Assembly: GCF_001950255.1 (NCBI RefSeq)
Contig: NZ_BDJK01000014.1
Span: forward strand, 9,966-41,965
Origin: Carboxydothermus pertinax
GTDB lineage: Bacteria > Bacillota > Z-2901 > Carboxydothermales > Carboxydothermaceae
Length of the DNA: 32,000 nucleotides
Reading direction: 5' to 3'
Of the stretch, positions 19,183 through 28,992 are shown piece by piece; within the stretch, counting starts at the first letter, position 1, and every line of letters starts with the position of its first letter. The notes beneath the pieces are model-generated. The model searched no databases. It had not been told where the DNA came from and saw nothing but the letters and a program-made list of their open reading frames with translations. Position numbers and translations under genes: made by a program.

Positions 19183-21864
19183 ATGGCTAAAAAATTTTTA
19201 GTTGTTGGTGCCGGAGCCGTTGGCTTACAGATAGCTCTGGATCTTGAAGAAAACGGTCACGAGGTTTGGCTGGTGGAAGAAACATCAATGCCGGGAGGAA
19301 AATTTAACAGCCAAAAGCCTTTAGAACCGGGAATAAGTTTAGCTTTTTTAAGCGGCATCTATCATCCAGGCGATTACCTGTATACTAATAAAGCAGTAAG
19401 CCTTATGGCATCCAAAAGGGCAAAGCTTTTTTATAATACGAAAGTTTCCACAATTAATAAAATTAACGGAAAGTTTTCGGTAGAGATTGTAAGTCAAAAT
19501 GAAACTTTAACTGAAGTTTTTGATAGTATTTATCTTACCCCCGGTTTTGTGCCTTTTAATCCTGAAGAAAGAGCTGAATACTTATATGGAATAAATAGTT
19601 TTGTTTTAACTGGCTTAGAACTTGAAAATTTACTAAAAACTGGTGAGCTTAAAAAGAATCCTCCAGAAAAAATTGCTTTTATCCAATGTGTAGGCTCCAG
19701 AAACAACGGAATTGGAGCTGGAAAGCCTTATTGTTCTGGTTTTTGTTGTTTATACAGTTTAAAGGAAATTGACCTTTTAAAGCAAGCTTTGCCTGATACA
19801 GAAATTAAAGTTTTTTATTTAGATTTACGGCTTTATAATAAAGGAGCCGAAAAATTATACAGAAAAGCTCTTGCCAAAAACGTTATTTTTATTCGTAATA
19901 TGATTTCTGCTATTAAAGAAGAACCAAAAAGCTATAAACCAATCGTTCGTTATTTAGATAATGGTCGCTTTAAAGACGAACTTTTTGACCTGGTGGTTTT
20001 AGCTCAAGGTGCAGATCTAGGTCAGCAATTAAAAAAACTTTTAGCAAATTTCAATATTTCGGAAAAGGAAATTATAAATTTCTCAGGTACCCCGGAAAAT
20101 CCCCATCAAATCCTTCCAGGAATATATTTTGCCGGTTCACTTTTAAACCCAATGGATGGGGCAGAGAGCATGATTTCTGCCGGCTCTTCTGTCTTTAATG
20201 AGGTTAATTTAAATAGGGATATCCAGCCAGAAATTGCTGTAAAAAATTATCCAAACACTGGTATTATCTACTGTAATTGCCGGGGTTCAATACCCGTAGA
20301 TGAATTAAAAGGAGTAGCAGAAAACCTTCCGGAAATGGTTGTTTCAGATTGCTTAAAAGAAGAGGAATTAAATAAAATTAAAAAGTTTATTTTGGATAAC
20401 CAAATAGGCAGGACAGTTTTTGTTGGTTGCAGTAAAGTTAAAATTAAAACTGGTTTAGAAAAATTAGCATTGGAAGAAAATTTAGGAACTCGTTTTGAAG
20501 TAGTTAACATTAAAGAACAAGGGTTTTCTTTATATGGCAAAGAAAAGTTAAAGTCCATTGCCAGAACAATGGTAGCAGGAACACTTGCCAGAATTCAATA
20601 CCTTAAAAGCCCAATTTTAAATACTAAAGCTGAGGTGAATCTCGGGGTTACCATTATAGGTGGAGGGCTGGCAGGATTAAAGGTCGCTGAAGCTTTGACG
20701 GCAAAAGGAGTACCTGTAACGGTAATTGAAAAGCAAAATTCTTTTGGTGGAAGATATCAAAATATTAGCATTCCCCAAGAAGGTTTGAATTTAAAGAAAC
20801 ACATTGAAACAACTGTAACTTTATTGGAAAATCGCGGTGCTAATTTATTTAAAAATACACGGGTGGTAGAGGTCTTTGGGGGTCCTGGTAAATATAAACT
20901 TTTGGCGGAACGTTTTGGACAACAGTTTACGTTGGAAACAGCTGCAATTGTGTTAGCTACTGGAGCTCAAAAAAGTTACGGTAATTTTACCAGAAGTCAA
21001 AAGGTAATTTACCAGGAAGATTTTTATACTTTCGATAATAAACTTTCGGAATATAATTCTATTGGCTTCTTACAGTGTGCCGGTAGTCGTAATGTAGAAA
21101 ATCCCCTTTGCAGCCGTAACTGCTGTATTAAGAGCTTAGATACTGCTCTGTATTTAAAAGAAAAATTTCCGCAAAAGGAAGTATATATATTTTATCAAGA
21201 CATTATGGCTTACGGAAAGTATGAATTTAAATACCTAAAAGCAAGAGATATGGGAGTTAAATTTATTCCTTATGACCGGGGGCAATATCCAGAATTTTCT
21301 ACAGTTGGAGATAAAATTAAAGTTATTACAACTGAAAACTATCTAGATGATATTTATCTTGATTTACTGGTTCTTGCCGAAGGAACAAAACCAAAAGAAG
21401 AAAATAGGAAGTTAGCTGAGATATTTAAAGTTGGTATTGATGAGTTTGGTTTTTTACGCGAAACACACCAGGATATTTCAGGAGGGTATTTCCCGAAATG
21501 GGGAGTTTTTATTGCAGGAGAAGCTCAAGGGCCAAAAACAGTAATGGAAATTCTTTACTCTGCTCAAAATGCGGCAAAAAATGTACTAGCTTTTTTAAAT
21601 CAAATTCAGCAATCCCAGCTAAAAACCAATTTCAGCGAAGTTATTGAAGAAAAGTGTGCAGCTTGCCTAACTTGTGTCCGGGTATGTCCATATTCTATTC
21701 CAGAAGTTATAAATGGTAAAAACGTAGCTTATATTGACCCAATTGCCTGTCAAGGATGTGGTGTTTGTGCTTCAGAATGTCCCAATAAGGCAATAGTCCA
21801 GCACAACCGTCCCCACGACGGTGTTTTAGCAGAAATCAGGGTTTTAGCCGGGGAGGGGAAATAA
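19183..21864 (+). CDS. hdrA: Heterodisulfide reductase subunit A-like flavoprotein with two HdrA-type modules and C-terminal 2x[4Fe-4S] domain
   Basis: Two nucleotide-binding starts (VVGAGAVGLQIALDLEENGHEVWLVEE and IIGGGLAGLKVAEALTAKGVPVTVIEK), two CxGSRN...C...CC motifs, central CNCRG...GCSK HdrA-N-like region, and C-terminal CAACLTCVRVCPYSIPEV..CQGCGVCASECPNKAI. Confidence 0.88.
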   Translation: MAKKFLVVGAGAVGLQIALDLEENGHEVWLVEETSMPGGKFNSQKPLEPGISLAFLSGIYHPGDYLYTNKAVSLMASKRAKLFYNTKVSTINKINGKFSVEIVSQNETLTEVFDSIYLTPGFVPFNPEERAEYLYGINSFVLTGLELENLLKTGELKKNPPEKIAFIQCVGSRNNGIGAGKPYCSGFCCLYSLKEIDLLKQALPDTEIKVFYLDLRLYNKGAEKLYRKALAKNVIFIRNMISAIKEEPKSYKPIVRYLDNGRFKDELFDLVVLAQGADLGQQLKKLLANFNISEKEIINFSGTPENPHQILPGIYFAGSLLNPMDGAESMISAGSSVFNEVNLNRDIQPEIAVKNYPNTGIIYCNCRGSIPVDELKGVAENLPEMVVSDCLKEEELNKIKKFILDNQIGRTVFVGCSKVKIKTGLEKLALEENLGTRFEVVNIKEQGFSLYGKEKLKSIARTMVAGTLARIQYLKSPILNTKAEVNLGVTIIGGGLAGLKVAEALTAKGVPVTVIEKQNSFGGRYQNISIPQEGLNLKKHIETTVTLLENRGANLFKNTRVVEVFGGPGKYKLLAERFGQQFTLETAAIVLATGAQKSYGNFTRSQKVIYQEDFYTFDNKLSEYNSIGFLQCAGSRNVENPLCSRNCCIKSLDTALYLKEKFPQKEVYIFYQDIMAYGKYEFKYLKARDMGVKFIPYDRGQYPEFSTVGDKIKVITTENYLDDIYLDLLVLAEGTKPKEENRKLAEIFKVGIDEFGFLRETHQDISGGYFPKWGVFIAGEAQGPKTVMEILYSAQNAAKNVLAFLNQIQQSQLKTNFSEVIEEKCAACLTCVRVCPYSIPEVINGKNVAYIDPIACQGCGVCASECPNKAIVQHNRPHDGVLAEIRVLAGEGK

Positions 21865-22224
21865 ATGGCAGGGAAAGTATTAATTTACCATTGCTCTTAT
21901 TGTTCCTATTTAACTTTGGATTTACTTGGCCAATACAAGGTTTCTCTTCAGGAAAATGTAGTGATTACCGATCTCCCCTGTACCGGAACTTTATCAGTAA
22001 ATATGCTCTTAGAAGCAATAGAAAAAGGGTTTGAAAAGGTCGTTGTCATTGGGGGAACCAGTAACGATTGCCGGTTTTTAAAAGGGAGCCTAAGGGCTCA
22101 AAAAAGAGTTCTTGAGGCGCAAAAAATCTTAGAGGAAATTGGTTATGAACCGACAAGACTTTCTTTTTATGAACTAAAACCGGGTGACTTAGAGAGTCTT
22201 AAAACAATTTTAATAAAGCTTTAA
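21865..22224 (+). CDS. MvhD/HdrD-delta-like small iron-sulfur protein (divergent)
   Basis: Resembles MvhD (HCSYCSYLTLDLLG, LPCTG, LLEAIEKGFEKVVVIGGTSNDCRFLKGS) and sits directly after hdrA. Confidence 0.75.
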   Translation: MAGKVLIYHCSYCSYLTLDLLGQYKVSLQENVVITDLPCTGTLSVNMLLEAIEKGFEKVVVIGGTSNDCRFLKGSLRAQKRVLEAQKILEEIGYEPTRLSFYELKPGDLESLKTILIKL

Positions 22225-22248
22225 TACTCTGGGAAAGGGTGACAAAAC

Positions 22249-22917
22249 TTGATTGTTGCCGAAAGAAAGCCTATTGAAGAAATAATTAAAATGGTTGAAA
22301 AACACGAAAATATTCTGGTGTTAGGTTGCGGTGGATGTGTAACCGTGTGTCTGGCAGGTGGAGAAAAAGAAGCCGAACAATTAGCAACAACCCTACGCCT
22401 GTATTTTCAAAAGGAAAACAAACAGTTTAAAACAATTACCACAACTATTACCAGACAATGTGACCCGGAATATGTAAAGTCTGTGGCGGAAGAAGTGGCC
22501 AAAGCTGACGCTGTATTATCTACCGCTTGTGGTGTAGGAGTACAGTTTATGGCAGAAAATTACCCCGGTAAGTGGGTTTATCCGGCTCTTAATACGAAAT
22601 TCGCGGGAGCGAACTTAGAGCTGGGAGTTTGGGGGGAAAGATGCGGTCTCTGTGGCGAGTGTATTTTACATTTAACTGGTGGTGTCTGTCCTGTAATCCG
22701 TTGTTCCAAAAGTTTGTTAAATGGTCCTTGTGGTGGTTCCCAAAATGGGAAATGTGAAGTTTCCAGTGAAATTGACTGTGCCTGGCAATTAATTTATGAC
22801 CGTTTAAAGAGCTTAAATAGTCTAGACCTTATCCTTAAAATTCAACCGCCTAAAGATTGGTCCAAAGCCCGGGATGGCGGTCCCCGAAAAGTAATTAAGG
22901 AGGAGGTCCGGTTATGA
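22249..22917 (+). CDS. metV: MetV, N-terminal-like accessory protein of methylenetetrahydrofolate reductase
   Basis: GCGGCVTVCLAGGEKEAE, TRQCDPEY, STACGVGVQFMAE, ERCGLCGECILHLTGGVCPVIRCSKSLLNGPCGGSQNGKCE. Adjacent to metF. Confidence 0.88.
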   Translation: MIVAERKPIEEIIKMVEKHENILVLGCGGCVTVCLAGGEKEAEQLATTLRLYFQKENKQFKTITTTITRQCDPEYVKSVAEEVAKADAVLSTACGVGVQFMAENYPGKWVYPALNTKFAGANLELGVWGERCGLCGECILHLTGGVCPVIRCSKSLLNGPCGGSQNGKCEVSSEIDCAWQLIYDRLKSLNSLDLILKIQPPKDWSKARDGGPRKVIKEEVRL

Positions 22918-23831
22918 TTACTGAGAGCCGTTTAGAAAAATTATTTACCGATGGACATTTCGTGGTGACTGCTGAAATTGGACCTCCTAAAAATAGTAAC
23001 GGAGAAGTAGTAAGAAAACATGCCCGGAACTTAAAAAATTACATCGACGGAGCAAACCTTACCGACAACCAAACAGCTGTAGTAAGGTTATCAAGTATTG
23101 CAGCGGGGTACCATGTTTTGTCGGAAGGCCTAGATCCGATAATTCAAATGACCTGTCGGGATCGTAACCGCATTGGCTTACAGTCAGATCTCCTGGGAGC
23201 ATACAGCCTAGGAATACGTAATGTTCTAGCCTTAACGGGTGACCATCAATCTTTTGGGAACCATCCTACTTCGAAAAATGTGTATGACTTAGATTCGATC
23301 CAGCTCATTCGAACTATAAAAAAAATGCGGGACGAAAAGCAGTTTTTATCGGGAGAAGCAATTAAAGAACATGAGCCACGGTTTTTTATTGGAGCTGTTG
23401 AAAACCCCTTTGGTGACCCCTTCGAATTTCGAGTATTGAGGCTTGAGAAAAAAATTGAAGCTGGTGCCCAGTTTATCCAAACCCAGTGCATCTTTGACAT
23501 GGAAAGATTTGAAAGATTTATGGAAATGGTTCGGGAGAGGGGACTACATGAAAGGGCATATATCTTGGCGGGAATAACCCCGTTAAAATCAGCAAAAGCG
23601 GCTAAATATATGAAAAACGTCGCTGGTATGATCATGCCTGATCACATAATTGAACGGATGGAAAAAGCAGAAGACCAGAAAGAAGAAGGAGTTAAAATAG
23701 CTGTGGAAATGATTGAGCACTTGAAAGCCGTTAAAGGCGTTGCCGGGGTGCATATAATGGCAATTGCCTGGGAAGATATTGTTCCTGTAATTGTTGAACG
23801 AGCAGGGTTACTTCCGCGACCTGAAGTTTAA
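22914..23831 (+). CDS. metF: Methylenetetrahydrofolate reductase (MetF-type)
   Basis: TAEIGPPKNSNGEVV, LTDNQTAVVRLSS, QMTCRDRNRIGLQSDLLGAYSLGIRNVLALTGDH, GAQFIQTQCIFDMERF. Overlaps metV by 4 nt. Confidence 0.95.
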   Translation: MITESRLEKLFTDGHFVVTAEIGPPKNSNGEVVRKHARNLKNYIDGANLTDNQTAVVRLSSIAAGYHVLSEGLDPIIQMTCRDRNRIGLQSDLLGAYSLGIRNVLALTGDHQSFGNHPTSKNVYDLDSIQLIRTIKKMRDEKQFLSGEAIKEHEPRFFIGAVENPFGDPFEFRVLRLEKKIEAGAQFIQTQCIFDMERFERFMEMVRERGLHERAYILAGITPLKSAKAAKYMKNVAGMIMPDHIIERMEKAEDQKEEGVKIAVEMIEHLKAVKGVAGVHIMAIAWEDIVPVIVERAGLLPRPEV

Positions 23832-23849
23832 ACTTCAGGTCTTTTTTCT
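23818..23849 (+). terminator. Intrinsic terminator at the end of the acs-hdr-met cluster
   Basis: GACCTGAAGTTTAAACTTCAGGTC self-complementary 24-mer followed by TTTTTTCTTTT. Overlaps the metF stop. Confidence 0.9.
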
Positions 23850-23905
23850 TTTAAACAGTGATAAATTCTGATATAGTATTGATTGCAGGAATGGAGGTGT
23901 AACAG

Positions 23906-24757
23906 GTGCAGGATTATCACATTCACCCTGGCTATTCAATTGATGCCGCCAATTATACGCCAAAGGATTATTGTGAAAAGGCTTTAGCTCTTAATTTAAA
24001 AGAAATTGCCTTTACCACCCATTATGAGGCAGAACCTGAAAGACGGGAAATAGATTGGTTTTTAAGGATAAATGGCACTTTAGTTCCAATGGAGAAAGAG
24101 GATTGGCTAAAAGTTTATTTTGATGAATTACTAGATTTAAGAGAGGTCTATAAAAGCTATGGTTTAAATGTTAAAATTGGTTTAGAGGTAGGTTATTTCG
24201 AAGGTATTGAAGAAAAGATTATAAAGTTAAAAGAAAATTATCCCTTTGACTTTATAATGGGTTCCATCCATACCCTGGATCACATTGCCATATCATCGAA
24301 AAAAGAAGCTCCTTCCTTATTTTCACGGTTGTCGGCAGAGGAAATTTTAGAAAAATATTTTAAAAGATTAGAAAACCTTATTCAATCCGGTTTGTTTGAA
24401 GTTATTGGTCATTTAGATTTATTTTTGCGCTACGGCATATCTTTTTATGGTCTGAAAAATTTACTAATTTTCAACGAGAGAATTAGGAATGTTTTTTTAT
24501 TAATTAAAAAAAGGGAGCTTGTTATCGAGCTTAACAGTTCTTCGTTAAGGCGGGGATACGATTTTATTCATCCTCATCAATTTTTTCTAAAAAAATTAAT
24601 CTCTTTAGGAATAGATAAGTTTGTTATTGGTTCTGATGCTCATTCCCTTTCTGAACTTGGTTTTGGGCAAGAAACAATGTTAACCCTTCTTAAAAATTTC
24701 AACTTAAAACCGGTTTCTTTGACGAATGGGGTAGTTTCAGCCAGGGAGGATTTTTAA
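23906..24757 (+). CDS. PHP-domain phosphoesterase, histidinol-phosphatase-like
   Basis: DYHIHPGYSIDAANYTP, EIAFTTHYEAE, IGLEVGYFEG, FIMGSIHTLDH, VIGSDAHSLSELG. GTG start with GGAGG. Confidence 0.88.
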   Translation: MQDYHIHPGYSIDAANYTPKDYCEKALALNLKEIAFTTHYEAEPERREIDWFLRINGTLVPMEKEDWLKVYFDELLDLREVYKSYGLNVKIGLEVGYFEGIEEKIIKLKENYPFDFIMGSIHTLDHIAISSKKEAPSLFSRLSAEEILEKYFKRLENLIQSGLFEVIGHLDLFLRYGISFYGLKNLLIFNERIRNVFLLIKKRELVIELNSSSLRRGYDFIHPHQFFLKKLISLGIDKFVIGSDAHSLSELGFGQETMLTLLKNFNLKPVSLTNGVVSAREDF

Positions 24758-25491
24758 TGAGTGGACTTACTTTATTTTTGGCGGAACTTTTTAATCAAGG
24801 TTTAATAAGTGTTCCCACCTTTCTTTTAAAAAATTATAAACACTTAAATTTAAATGAAAAAGAACTGGTATTTTTGTTGCAGCTTATGAGTTTTATTAAT
24901 GAAGGGAATTTGCTACCTTCGGCTGAATTTATTGCCCAAACTTTAGGAGAAGATTTAGCTGAAGTTAAAAAAAACTACCGCGAACTTATCAAAAAAGGAA
25001 TTATCTCGGTTAGCCGTAAGTTTGATGAAAAATCCGCAAAATACGTGGAAACAATTGATTATATACCACTATTGGAAAAACTTACAGATCTCTGGGCTGC
25101 TCAAAAAGTCTTTAAGGAAAGTAATAAAATTCCAGATAAGGTAAACCTAGACACTACCTCTAGAGTAGTGGAAATTTTTAGTCGCGAATTTGGCCGGGGA
25201 TTATCGCCAATGGAAATAGAGCTTATTGATAATTGGCTTAATCAAAAGCAGTATCAAGAAGAATTAATTTATGAAGCTTTAAAGCGTGCAGTTATGTTAA
25301 ATAAAAAAAGTTTTCGCTATATCGATGCTATATTATATCGATGGGAAACAAATAATTTAAAATCCATCGAGGAAATTAATGCTTTTGAGGAACAAACAAA
25401 AAAGAAAAGGACACCAAAAACAAGTAAAGTAGAGTCCAAGGACTCAGACGAAAGAAAGAAAGAGATAATTAAAAAACTTTATTTAAGCTAG
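24757..25491 (+). CDS. DnaD-domain protein (primosome / replication initiation)
   Basis: C-terminal DnaD-like region VVEIFSREFGRGLSPMEIELIDNWLNQKQYQEELIYEALKRAVMLNKKSFRYIDAILYRWE. Directly upstream of a DnaC-like ATPase. Confidence 0.85.
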   Translation: MSGLTLFLAELFNQGLISVPTFLLKNYKHLNLNEKELVFLLQLMSFINEGNLLPSAEFIAQTLGEDLAEVKKNYRELIKKGIISVSRKFDEKSAKYVETIDYIPLLEKLTDLWAAQKVFKESNKIPDKVNLDTTSRVVEIFSREFGRGLSPMEIELIDNWLNQKQYQEELIYEALKRAVMLNKKSFRYIDAILYRWETNNLKSIEEINAFEEQTKKKRTPKTSKVESKDSDERKKEIIKKLYLS

Positions 25492-25502
25492 GTGATTTTT
25501 AG

Positions 25503-26216
25503 ATGGCAAACTGTCCAGATTGCCAAGACCGGGGTTTAATAAAAAACGAAAAGGGAGAATATATTCAATGTCACTGCGTTACTAAAAAAAGTCATGATTT
25601 AAAACAAGTTCAGAGCTTAATTCCACCCCTTTACAGGAATAAGTCTTTTTCTGATTTTAATTTAAGCTATTATTCAAAGTTCCACTTTGACCGGGAACGT
25701 AATATTTCTTATTATGAAAGTGCCCAGCGAGCATTAAAAGCAGCAGTTAATTTTGTTAAACTACTTTCTCTTAATAAACCAACTAAAGGTTTATATTTTT
25801 CCGGCCCGGTAGGTAGTGGTAAAACATTATTAGCTGCTATAATAGCCAATGAAGCAATTAAAGCGGGAAAAGAGGTTTTATTTGTAGTTGTTCCGGAATT
25901 TTTAGAAAAAGTTAAGCAAAGCTTCGGGGAAGAGGATGACGGTTTTTTAATGAAAAAAGCTTTATCTTCAGAGTTATTAATTCTAGACGACCTGGGAGCC
26001 CATAATTACACTGAATGGACTCGAAACACCTTATATTTAATTATCAATCACCGGTTAAATTATCAATTACCTGTTATTATTACTACAAATATTGGCCTTG
26101 AAGATTTAGAAAGCTACTTAGGAGAGCGAACAACTTCCCGTATTTTTCAACTTTGTCATCATTACTGGTTACCGGTAGATTTAGACATTCGCTTAAAGAA
26201 AGTACGAGGAATGTAA
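25503..26216 (+). CDS. DnaC/DnaI-like AAA+ helicase-loader ATPase
   Basis: N-terminal CPDCQDRG...CHC, Walker A YFSGPVGSGKT, Walker B ELLILDDLGAHNYTEW, IITTNIGLEDLESYLGERTTSRIFQL. Confidence 0.9.
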   Translation: MANCPDCQDRGLIKNEKGEYIQCHCVTKKSHDLKQVQSLIPPLYRNKSFSDFNLSYYSKFHFDRERNISYYESAQRALKAAVNFVKLLSLNKPTKGLYFSGPVGSGKTLLAAIIANEAIKAGKEVLFVVVPEFLEKVKQSFGEEDDGFLMKKALSSELLILDDLGAHNYTEWTRNTLYLIINHRLNYQLPVIITTNIGLEDLESYLGERTTSRIFQLCHHYWLPVDLDIRLKKVRGM

Positions 26217-26275
26217 AGGAGATTTTGGGGAAAAAATAATATTGTTCTCTATATTATCTAGATGGGTTGGTTTAA

Positions 26276-27868
26276 ATGCAGGAAACCCAAAGGCTTAAAG
26301 AAATCATTAGGATATTGGGAAAATATGGTTTGAGAATATTAGAAAATAAAATAAAAAAAGAGAGCAAAACCTTTCTTTTAGATGAACAACAAATTTTACA
26401 ATTGTTTTCAGAATTAGGTCCGACTTTTATTAAGTTTGGACAGTTTTTAAGTACTCGACCGGATCTGGTCGATGAAAAACTTGTTGCAGTTTTGCGAAAT
26501 TTGCAAGATAATGTTCCCTCTGTGCCTTTTACAGACTGTAAAAAATTTATTGAAGAAACTTTGCACGAAAATTATTTTAACCAGTTTAGAGAAATTGAAC
26601 CAATTCCTTTAGCTAGTGCTTCTATCGCTCAGGTTTACCGTGGAACTCTTCTAAACGGTCAAAAAGTGGTTTTAAAAATAAAAAGACCAATTTTAGAAAA
26701 GATAATTGCAACTGATTTAGAGATAATAAAGAAATATTTTTTACCCCAATTTAAAGTTTTGGGGTTCATTTCTCCTTTAGACTTAGAAAAAATTTATAAT
26801 TTATTTGAATTAAAACTAAAAGAAGAATTGGATTTTTTACATGAGCTACAAAATATTAGAATTTTTTACAACGCCTTAAAAGCAGAAGAAGATATACTTA
26901 TTCCAAAAGCTTTTAAAGATTTATCCGGAAGAAATATTTTGGTCATGGAATACATTGAAGGGAACCAGTTAACGAATTTTTTAAAAAATAGGGTTTACTA
27001 TCCAGCTTTAGGGGAAAAGCTGGTTAAAAGTTTTTGTCGAATGCTTTTAATAGAAAATCTCTTTCATGCTGACCCCCATCCAGGAAATATTATACTGACT
27101 AAAGATAAAAAAATTGGCTTTGTGGATTTTGGAGCAGTTGGATTTATTGATAATAAAACTCGCGACATTCTTTCTGAGCTATTTTTATATTTAAGTGAAA
27201 AAAATTTCAATGGTATAATTAATTTAATTTACCGTCTTGGCCAACATCGAGGAGAAATTGATGATTTTACTTTTTACCAGGAAATTTATAAAATAATTGA
27301 ACTAGTATCAGAAATAGGTAAAGGAGAGGTCTTGGCGGGACGAATAATTCTTGATATTATTAAAATTAGCATAAAGTATGGTATTAACGTTCCTGCAAAT
27401 CTTGTTTATATTGGGAAAGCTGCCTTAAACATTGAAAGTACTGCCTTTTCTTTAGGTACTCGCTTTAATTTCTTGGATCTGGCAAAGGAGTACAGTGAAC
27501 AAGCTTTGAGTAAAAATTATTTCAAATATCTTGAGCCCCAAGCAATTTATTTAAATTTATATAAAAAGCTTGAGGTTAGTGAGAAGATACCATTACTTTT
27601 ATTATCAATCTTAAAAAAGTTTGATGAAGGAAATAGCCAAGTGGTTTTTAAACATGCGGGGTTAGAGTCAATCATAAAAGCATTAGACCGGACGTCTATG
27701 CGGATTACTTTTGGTCTTATCATTGCCTCTTTATTAATTGCTTCAGGGTTAATTGTAGCAGCTGATGGACAACTTTTACAAACCCTTGGAACAACTACTT
27801 ATTTATTATCAATAGGGGCTGCTCTTTCATTAATGTATTTAATATTAAAATCGGGAAAGTGGCATTAA
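26276..27868 (+). CDS. Second ABC1/AarF/UbiB-family atypical kinase-like membrane protein
   Basis: GPTFIKFGQFLSTRPDLVD, SASIAQVYRGTLLNGQKVVLKIKRP, LFHADPHPGNIILTKDKKIGFVDFGAVG, and two C-terminal hydrophobic segments. Confidence 0.93.
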   Translation: MQETQRLKEIIRILGKYGLRILENKIKKESKTFLLDEQQILQLFSELGPTFIKFGQFLSTRPDLVDEKLVAVLRNLQDNVPSVPFTDCKKFIEETLHENYFNQFREIEPIPLASASIAQVYRGTLLNGQKVVLKIKRPILEKIIATDLEIIKKYFLPQFKVLGFISPLDLEKIYNLFELKLKEELDFLHELQNIRIFYNALKAEEDILIPKAFKDLSGRNILVMEYIEGNQLTNFLKNRVYYPALGEKLVKSFCRMLLIENLFHADPHPGNIILTKDKKIGFVDFGAVGFIDNKTRDILSELFLYLSEKNFNGIINLIYRLGQHRGEIDDFTFYQEIYKIIELVSEIGKGEVLAGRIILDIIKISIKYGINVPANLVYIGKAALNIESTAFSLGTRFNFLDLAKEYSEQALSKNYFKYLEPQAIYLNLYKKLEVSEKIPLLLLSILKKFDEGNSQVVFKHAGLESIIKALDRTSMRITFGLIIASLLIASGLIVAADGQLLQTLGTTTYLLSIGAALSLMYLILKSGKWH

Positions 27869-27885
27869 AAAAAGGGGGGTTTAAA

Positions 27886-28992
27886 ATGAGTTCTGAAGTT
27901 TATTATGTAAATATGCATGCTCAAAAAGGCTCAAGTTTATTAGAAAAACTCGAACGTTTAATTGACCGTAGTGGTTTAATGGAAATTGTAGCACCCAATG
28001 ATCTAGTTGCAATTAAACTTCATTTTGGCGAAAGGGGTAATACTGCCTATATTCGGCCCCAATTCCTGAGAAGGATAGTTAATAAAGTAAAGGCAAAGAA
28101 GGGCAAACCTTTTCTTACTGATGCTAATACCCTGTATGTTGGAAGCCGCGCCAATGCTGTTGATCATTTAGAAACAGCTATTGAAAATGGCTTTGATTAT
28201 GCTGTAGTGGGAGCTCCTTTAATAATAGCCGATGGACTAACCGGTAAAGATTATATTAAGGTTCCTGTAAACCTTAAACACTTTAAAGAGGTAAATATTG
28301 GTAGTGCTGCTGTACTGGCAGATGCCTTTATAGCGGTAACTCACTTTAAAGGACATGAAGCAACTGGTTTTGGCGGTACTTTAAAAAACATCGGGATGGG
28401 ACTTGGAAGTCGTTCGGGAAAACAACAAATGCATTCCGATTTAAAGCCAGAAGTAAAAATAGATATATGCACCGGTTGCCAAAAATGTGCCCGTTGGTGT
28501 CCTGCCAATGCGATTTTTTATGAAAATAGAAAAGCAGTAATTAACTATGATCTTTGCATTGGTTGTGGGGAGTGTACTGCCACTTGTAACTTTCAAGCAA
28601 TAAAAATCAACTGGAAAGATGAAAAAGATGTTATCCAGGAAAAAATTGTGGAGTATACTTATGGGGTTTTAAAAGATAAAAAAGGAAAAGCTGCCTTCAT
28701 AACATTTTTAACAAATATATCACCGGATTGTGACTGCTGCAGCTGGAACGATATACCTTTGGTTCCGGATATCGGTATTTTAGCTTCTTTTGATCCTATT
28801 GCCATTGATCAGGCAGCTGTTGATTTGGTAAATAATGCAATATCATTAGAAAATTCAGTAATTGGGAAATTGGCCCCAGGAGTAGATAAAATTAAAGCCA
28901 ATAAGCCAGCCATAAATTGGGAAAAACAATTAGCTTATGGCGAAGCTATTGGCCTTGGAAGCAGAGATTATAAATTAATTGAAGTTAAATAG
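27886..28992 (+). CDS. DUF362-domain protein with internal 2x[4Fe-4S] ferredoxin motifs
   Basis: FGERGNTAYIRPQF, FKGHEATGFGGTLKNIGMGLGSRSGKQQMH, CTGCQKCARWCPANAIF..CIGCGECTATCNFQAI. GGGGGG SD supports ATG 27886 over the track start 27859. Confidence 0.88.
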   Translation: MSSEVYYVNMHAQKGSSLLEKLERLIDRSGLMEIVAPNDLVAIKLHFGERGNTAYIRPQFLRRIVNKVKAKKGKPFLTDANTLYVGSRANAVDHLETAIENGFDYAVVGAPLIIADGLTGKDYIKVPVNLKHFKEVNIGSAAVLADAFIAVTHFKGHEATGFGGTLKNIGMGLGSRSGKQQMHSDLKPEVKIDICTGCQKCARWCPANAIFYENRKAVINYDLCIGCGECTATCNFQAIKINWKDEKDVIQEKIVEYTYGVLKDKKGKAAFITFLTNISPDCDCCSWNDIPLVPDIGILASFDPIAIDQAAVDLVNNAISLENSVIGKLAPGVDKIKANKPAINWEKQLAYGEAIGLGSRDYKLIEVK

